A stretch of 42,794 bases of DNA from Octopus sinensis (Eukaryota), in contig NW_021835261.1 of assembly GCF_006345805.1 (NCBI RefSeq), positions 1-42,794 of the forward strand. Direction: 5' to 3'. Position 1 is the first letter of the stretch. Every line of letters begins with the position of its first letter. Both the position numbers and the translations under genes were made by a program. The notes beneath the pieces are model-generated. The model saw nothing but the letters and a program-made list of their open reading frames with translations, searched no databases and had not been told where the DNA came from. Below, piece by piece: positions 36,326-42,794 of the stretch.

Positions 36326-36546
36326 ATTTTTTGCACCTTCCTTCCTTATTCAGCTATCACCCCTTCCTTTCTCTCATTGCGGTTACTTTCTCTCACTCTC
36401 TCTCTCAGTTTGGGCTATTACTCTCACTACTTCTCCTTCACTGAATTACTATTTTCTCTCCTCTCCCTTCACTTATGCTACTCTTTATCCTAATCCGTGA
36501 TTTCTGAGATATAAATGTGTGTGTGTGGGTGTATGTATGTATATAT

Positions 36547-36602
<56 letters not shown>

Positions 36603-36809
36603 AACAAATATTTAAAAACACTACGCTCAATTATTATTTAAGAGATTTCTTTATCCCTTTAGGGTTGTTCAAAATTTTTCATTCGTTCTTTCCTTCCTCT
36701 CTTTCTTTCTGTCTGTCTCTCTTTTTCCTGTTTTACTTCTTCCGGTTTTCCCTCCCTTTCTATTTTCTGTTACTCTTTCGTTTCTTTCTTTCTTTTCCTC
36801 TTTCATTAA

Positions 36810-37040
36810 CAAACATCCAGTCCAGACTGTGAAGTGGTTGGCATTTGGAAGGGCATCTACCTGTAAAAACAATGTCAAAACTGACCTCGCTTTTGCTGGG
36901 GGCTCGTAAAAAGCACTCAGTTCACTCTGCGTGGTGGTCGGTGTTAGGAAGGCCATCCAGCCGTAAAACCCATGCCAAAACAAACGCAGTAGTTTGGGGG
37001 TAGTCTTCTGTCAAAGCATCCAGCCCATAGCAGCGTGGAA
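36810..37040 (+). mobile_element. repeat with two AGGAAGG(G)CATCCAGCCGTAAAA-type motifs (RTE 5'-UTR/Nin-domain-like)
   Basis: Motif at ~36840-70 and ~36940-70. Family assignment is from memory. Confidence 0.5.
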
Positions 37041-37054
37041 GGCGGGCGTCAAAC

Positions 37055-37592
37055 AATGATGATGATGATGATGATGACGACGACGACGATGATGACGACG
37101 ACGATGATGATGATGATGATGATGGTGATGATGACGACCATAATGATGATGATGATGGTGATGATGATGATGGACATGATGATGGTGGTGGTGATGATGA
37201 TGATGATGATAGAGATGATGGTGATGGTGGTGGTGGTGGTGGTGATGATGATGATGGTGGTAATGATGATGATGATGATGACGATGATGACGGTTGTGGT
37301 GATGATGAGGATGATGATGACGATGATGATGACGGTGATGATGATGATGATGATGGGGGTGGTGGTGGTGGTGATGATGATGGTGGTAATGATGATGACG
37401 ATGATGATGGTGGTGGTAGTAGTTGTGGTGATGATGAGGATGATGATGACGATGATGATGACGGTGATGATGATGATGATGATGCGGTGATGATGATGAT
37501 GATGATGATGATGTTGATGGTGATGATGATGGTGATGGTGATGGTGGTGGTGGTGGTGGTGGTGGTGGTTATGATGATGATGATGACGATGA
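37055..37592. repeat. (GAT)n/(GGT)n mosaic
   Basis: Direct reading. Confidence 0.95.
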
Positions 37593-38113
37593 AGGCGATT
37601 TTCTATTTGTCTTCTACGTCGCTTTCCCACTCTCCATTTCTCTTGTTTCATAGTGCTTTTTCTGCCGATTATCTCTTCCTTTTTACCCCCTCAAAAAAAA
37701 AAAAAAAGAAAAAAAAATCCTTATAAAACCCCTGGCCATTCTTTCCAACTTCTCCACATTTGTTTCTCGGTAACCCAATGCAATAAAGCACTCCTTGATG
37801 ATCCTCTCTCGTTAAGCAAACAAATACACTTGGAACATCCATTGCAGGATTCTAAGCAACCAAAATGGTGAATCGTACGTGAAAAATAATATAAACTTGT
37901 GTTGCACGCAATTTCTCTTACACTTGCTCTGCATTTTATAACAAATAATGCTAGTGATACTACAAATAAATATCATGTAGATATATATATATATATGCAC
38001 ACACACACCACACACACACACACACGTGTGTATGTATGTATGTATGCATGAGTATGTGTGTGTATATATATATAATGTAAATATAAATATGCATACATGC
38101 ACGTATGTATATA

Positions 38114-38149
<36 letters not shown>

Positions 38150-38989
38150 TGTATGTATGTATGTATGCGCACAAACGCACACGCACACACGCATACAAAC
38201 GAATGTAAGTGCGTACGTGTGTATGTATATGTATGTATGCATGTATGTAAGTATGTATATACGTACGTGTGTATGTGTATATACATGTATGTATGTATGT
38301 ATCTATATATGCATGTACGTGTGTATGTATGTATGTATGTATGTATGTATGTACGCACGTGTGTATGTGTATATACATGCATGTATGTATGTATCTATAT
38401 ATGTATGTGTGTATGTATGTATGTATGTATGTATGTATGTATGTATGTACGTACGTGTGTATGTGTATATACATGTATGTATGTATGTACGTATATCTAT
38501 GTATGTATGTATGTACGTATGTATGTATGTATGTATGTGTATGTATGCATGTATGTATGTATGTATGTATGTATGTATGTATGTATGTACAATATGGCGG
38601 AAATGCAATTTTCCTTTCATTTGGGTTACCATAGAGTAAATAAGCGTACGCAACCCAATATTCGCCATTCCATTTCACTTTATAGCCATTTCGTCTACAG
38701 GCTGCAATGCTCATCACAAAAGACATCAAATTTGCACAATAGACATTGGAAGAATAAACATGACATTATGTGTCCATATTGGTTATTAATTATTCGTTAT
38801 GTATATATGGCGAAGTCAATGGGTAGTTGAGTTGGTGCCGAGGCAGAAATCATGTCTCCTTGGTTTTCATTCCCCCGAATGCGATAAAAGTAGAAGCGCA
38901 TCCGCGCAAAACCATGAAAATGCGCTCGCCCACACAAACACATGCGTATGCACCCCACCAATACACGCATGTAGATACAAATTCTGATA

Positions 38990-39005
38990 TTTATGCATAC
39001 ATACA

Positions 39006-39036
<31 letters not shown>

Positions 39037-39084
39037 GTACGTACATGCATACGTTTACACTGACATGCAAACACACATGCAAGC

Positions 39085-39117
<33 letters not shown>

Positions 39118-40810
39118 TGCATGCATGCATACATACATACATACATACATACATACATACATACATACATTCATACATACATTCATACATACATACATGC
39201 ATACATACATACATTCATACATACATAGATTCATACATACATTCATACATACATACATTCATACATACATACATGCATACATACATTCATACATACATAC
39301 ATTCATACATACATTCATACATACATACATTCATACATACATACATGCATACATACATACATACATACATACATACATTCATACATACATTCATACATAC
39401 ATACATTCATACATACATACATGCATACATACATACATTCATACATACATAGATTCATACATACATTCATACATACATACATACATACATACATACATGC
39501 ATACATAACATACATAATACATACATACATTCAATACATACATTCATACATACATACATTCATACATACATATGCATACATACATACATTCATAACATAC
39601 TTCATACATACATACATTCATACATACATACATGCATACATTACATACATACATACATACATACATTCATACATACATTCATAACATACATACATTCATA
39701 CATACATACATGCATACATACATACATTCATACATACATAGATTCATACATACATTCATAACATACATACACATTCATACATACATACATGCATACATAC
39801 ATACATACATACATACATACATTCATACATACATTCATACATACATAACATTCATACATACATACATGCATACATACATACATACATACATACATACATT
39901 CATCATACATACATTCATACATACATACATTCATACATACATACATGCATACATACAACATTCATACATACATACATTCATACATACATTCATACATACA
40001 TACATACATACCATACATACATACATACATACATACATACATTCATACATAACATACATGCATACATACATACATATACATACATACATTCATACATACA
40101 TACATACATACACATACATACATTCATACATACATTCATACTACATACATACATACATACATTCCATACATACATACATTCATACATACATTCATAACAT
40201 ACATACATTCATACATACATACATACATGCATACATAACATACATACATACATACATTACATTCATACATCATCATACATACATTCAATACATACATTCA
40301 TACATACATACATACATAATACATACATACATACATTCATACATACATTCATACATACATACATTCATACATACATTACATGCATACATACAAACATTCA
40401 TACATACATACATTCATACATACATTCATACATACATACATAATACATACATACATACAACATACATACATACATCATACATACATTCATACATACATTC
40501 ATACATACATACATACATACAAAATACATACATACATACATTCATACATACCTTCATACAAACATTCATACATACATACATCATACATACATTCCATACA
40601 TACATACATTCATACATAATTCATACATACATACATACATTCATACATACATACATTCATACATTACATACATACATTCATACATACATATCATACATAC
40701 ATACATACATACATACATACATAGATTCATACATACATACATTACATACATCATACATACATACATACATACATACATACAACATACATACATACATACA
40801 TACATATTCT
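38990..40810. repeat. ~1.8-kb (CATA)n with CATT/TGCA variants
   Basis: Direct reading. Confidence 0.95.
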
Positions 40811-41876
40811 ACTGCTGTAGTAAGGATATTTATGTAAATTTAAACGTCTATCTCTCACTCTCTCTTTCTATCTATCTTTCTATCTCTCTCTATGTACACG
40901 TTACCTACGCAGATACCTATCTTTCTTTTTCTCTTTCATTATACACCCACACAAACCTATAGCCACCACCACCACCACCACACACATATATACACATATC
41001 TGCATAATTATGTATGCATGTATATGCATAAATGATGCACAGATTCGGTTCGGTGCACCAAAGAAACAGGGCTTTCAAGAGGGCCGTCTTCAAATCCAAT
41101 AATGTTCCCGATGAGGCCACGAAAATCATTACATTTCATGACCAAGTACATCGACTGCATGTCGCCCACAAGGCCAATGATGGCGCCTCACTATCGTTGG
41201 TGAGCAGCTACCGATTCTACTCATAAGAGTTCAAGGGGATCAAATCAGGAGAGCAGAAGAACCACATGATTCTGAAGCTCGGGTGGGCGGGGGGCGGTCA
41301 CATGATCACATCTTTCTATTGATTTATTCTCATTCCAGAATGTCTTTTGCTAGATGTCCGCGTGCGCCATACATCAAATAGTGGACTTCGACTTGAGCTG
41401 CTCAGAGACCCATTGAGTGGACCTACATGACGAATTTGACCTTTCTAAGAATGGCCCTTTCTTTTGGTCACCGATGACACGTTTACACAAAAAAACTTCC
41501 AGCTCTTTCCCGATCTTGAACACAAAGGACCGAGCAAGGTTCACGAAGCTTGGCGATCAGTTATTGTGGTTGGTGGCCAAATCGACATGTCTATCATGCT
41601 TTTTCGTTTTTTGTATCAGAACCAGTTGGGGATCTACCATGCTGATGCTGTCGATACGTCCAAAGAACAAATAAGACGGTTAGGTCCTTTGATATCAGCT
41701 GAACAGTGACGGTCTCTGACAGAAAATTCTTTTTTAAAAATAATTTAGATTGAAAACTTCAATCAAGATCTTATATTAATTTATGTTCGAAACACCAGCG
41801 AAATAATGACAAGAGTTATTTTACCAAATTATTCAATTTTTGCAAAATTACTTGAAACGATGACAGCATATCTAAA

Positions 41877-42445
41877 TATTGGGTTGTCCGGAAAGTTCGT
41901 GCTGATTTATAGTAGCTTACCTTTCGACTTATTTTAGAACATGGTTAAGTCCATAGAATAGGATTTGACTATACCTCCATTTAGAGCACAGTTTAAGCTA
42001 TCTTTTCGTGGAAGAAGGTTTATGTTCCTATAACCTGTGCTAATTCTGTAACCCTTTAAAATAGAAGATAAGAAAGTTCATTTTCGGCACTTGATGCTTT
42101 GGGAACCAGAAAAAATTGCTACAGCTCGGCTGTGATGTGTTACCCCACCCTCCATATTCACCAGATATTGCTCCTTCGGATTTCCACTTATTCAGGTCTC
42201 TGTAGAATAGTCTTAATGGTAAAAATTTCAATTCCTTGGATGACGTAAAAAGATACCTTGATGAATTCTTTGCCATGGAACCACCTCAATTCTGGGAAGA
42301 GGGTATTTTCAAGTTAAAGGAAAGATGGAGACGCATTATGCAACAAAATGGTTCATATTTGGTTGATTAAAAATGAAATGGAAAGTATTTATTGACCCTT
42401 TTCTTTCCTTTAAAAATCGGCACGAAATTTCCGGACAACCCAATA
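41877..42445 (+). mobile_element. internally deleted mariner (mellifera/cecropia-like) with both TIRs
   Basis: TATTGGGTTGTCCGGAAAGTTCGTGC / GCACGAAATTTCCGGACAACCCAATA. N-terminal EDKKVHFRHLMLWE is joined to KLLQLGCDVLPHPPYSPDIAPSDFHLFRSL*NSLNG...NGSYLVD*. Confidence 0.93.
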
Positions 42446-42629
42446 GAAATACGGCAACAAAAAGGTTTTCCCTTTTTTTTTACCAAACAGCCGAAAACTG
42501 TTCGTGGTTCTAAGAAACGAACTTCCGGTTTAAAGTTATGTAATTTAAAACCTTCCACCAAAAGTTTATGTTAAATTCATGTTCAAGACAACAGCTTAAT
42601 AACGACAAAATTATTTTACTAAATTATTC

Positions 42630-42794
42630 ATCTCTTGATAACCGATGTTGGTGTGTTTACGTCCACTTAACTTAGCAGTTCGATGAAAGCGACTGATAAA
42701 ATAAGTACCAAGCATTAAAAAAATGAAAATATGTCCTGGGGTCGATTAGTTTGGTGAAAATTCCTCAAGGCGGTGCCCCAGCATGGCCGCAGTA
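42630..42794 (+). mobile_element. SINE-A right module (runs off the window)
   Basis: TTGATAACCGATGTTGGTGTGTTTACGTCC...GGCGGTGCCCCAGCATGGCCGCAG. Confidence 0.8.

Noticed and set aside
37812-40837. ORFs of 305 and 401 aa (HTYI/MYVC repeats)
   Set aside because: (CATA)n artefacts.
41078-41135. CCGATGA-G-GCCA-C-GAAA near 41108-41125
   Set aside because: U4 is replaced, stem II is 1 bp and there is no stem I. Expected by chance.
41060-41200. Bel/Pao RT resemblance (GDMQSMYL ... LFLW) on the minus strand
   Set aside because: Spacing is about twice the expected distance, the motifs are in different frames, and the upstream GP.L motif is absent.

Overview
Animal non-coding DNA (intergenic or a very long intron), AT-rich and saturated with microsatellites and transposon relics. 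The SINE families and microsatellite load look like an octopod cephalopod (Octopus); this is recognition from memory, not a database result. No intact host gene or RNA gene can be supported, and nearly all long ORFs in the track are microsatellite artefacts. Supported content: about 13 copies of a tRNA-derived SINE with an internal microsatellite (SINE-A), a second tRNA-SINE (SINE-B) that forms precise ~189-bp concatemers, two further SINEs, two copies of a ~560-bp element, three R4/Dong-like REL-endonuclease LINE fragments beside trinucleotide repeats, five mariner relics (one near full length), hAT and pogo-type elements with visible TSDs, and Penelope-like (PLE) relics. Best lead: two unrelated fold-back (palindromic) elements at 26505-26811 and 34499-34686 each carry, on both strands and just outside the symmetry axis, a minimal type-I hammerhead-ribozyme fold whose core reads UUGANAA instead of CUGANGA. 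That is the compensatory U3-A8 swap of the tertiary C3-G8 pair. The copy at 34597-34633 has every element of the fold intact. Three more hammerhead-like or PLE remnants lie at 8893-8923, 30020-30060 and 30270-30353.
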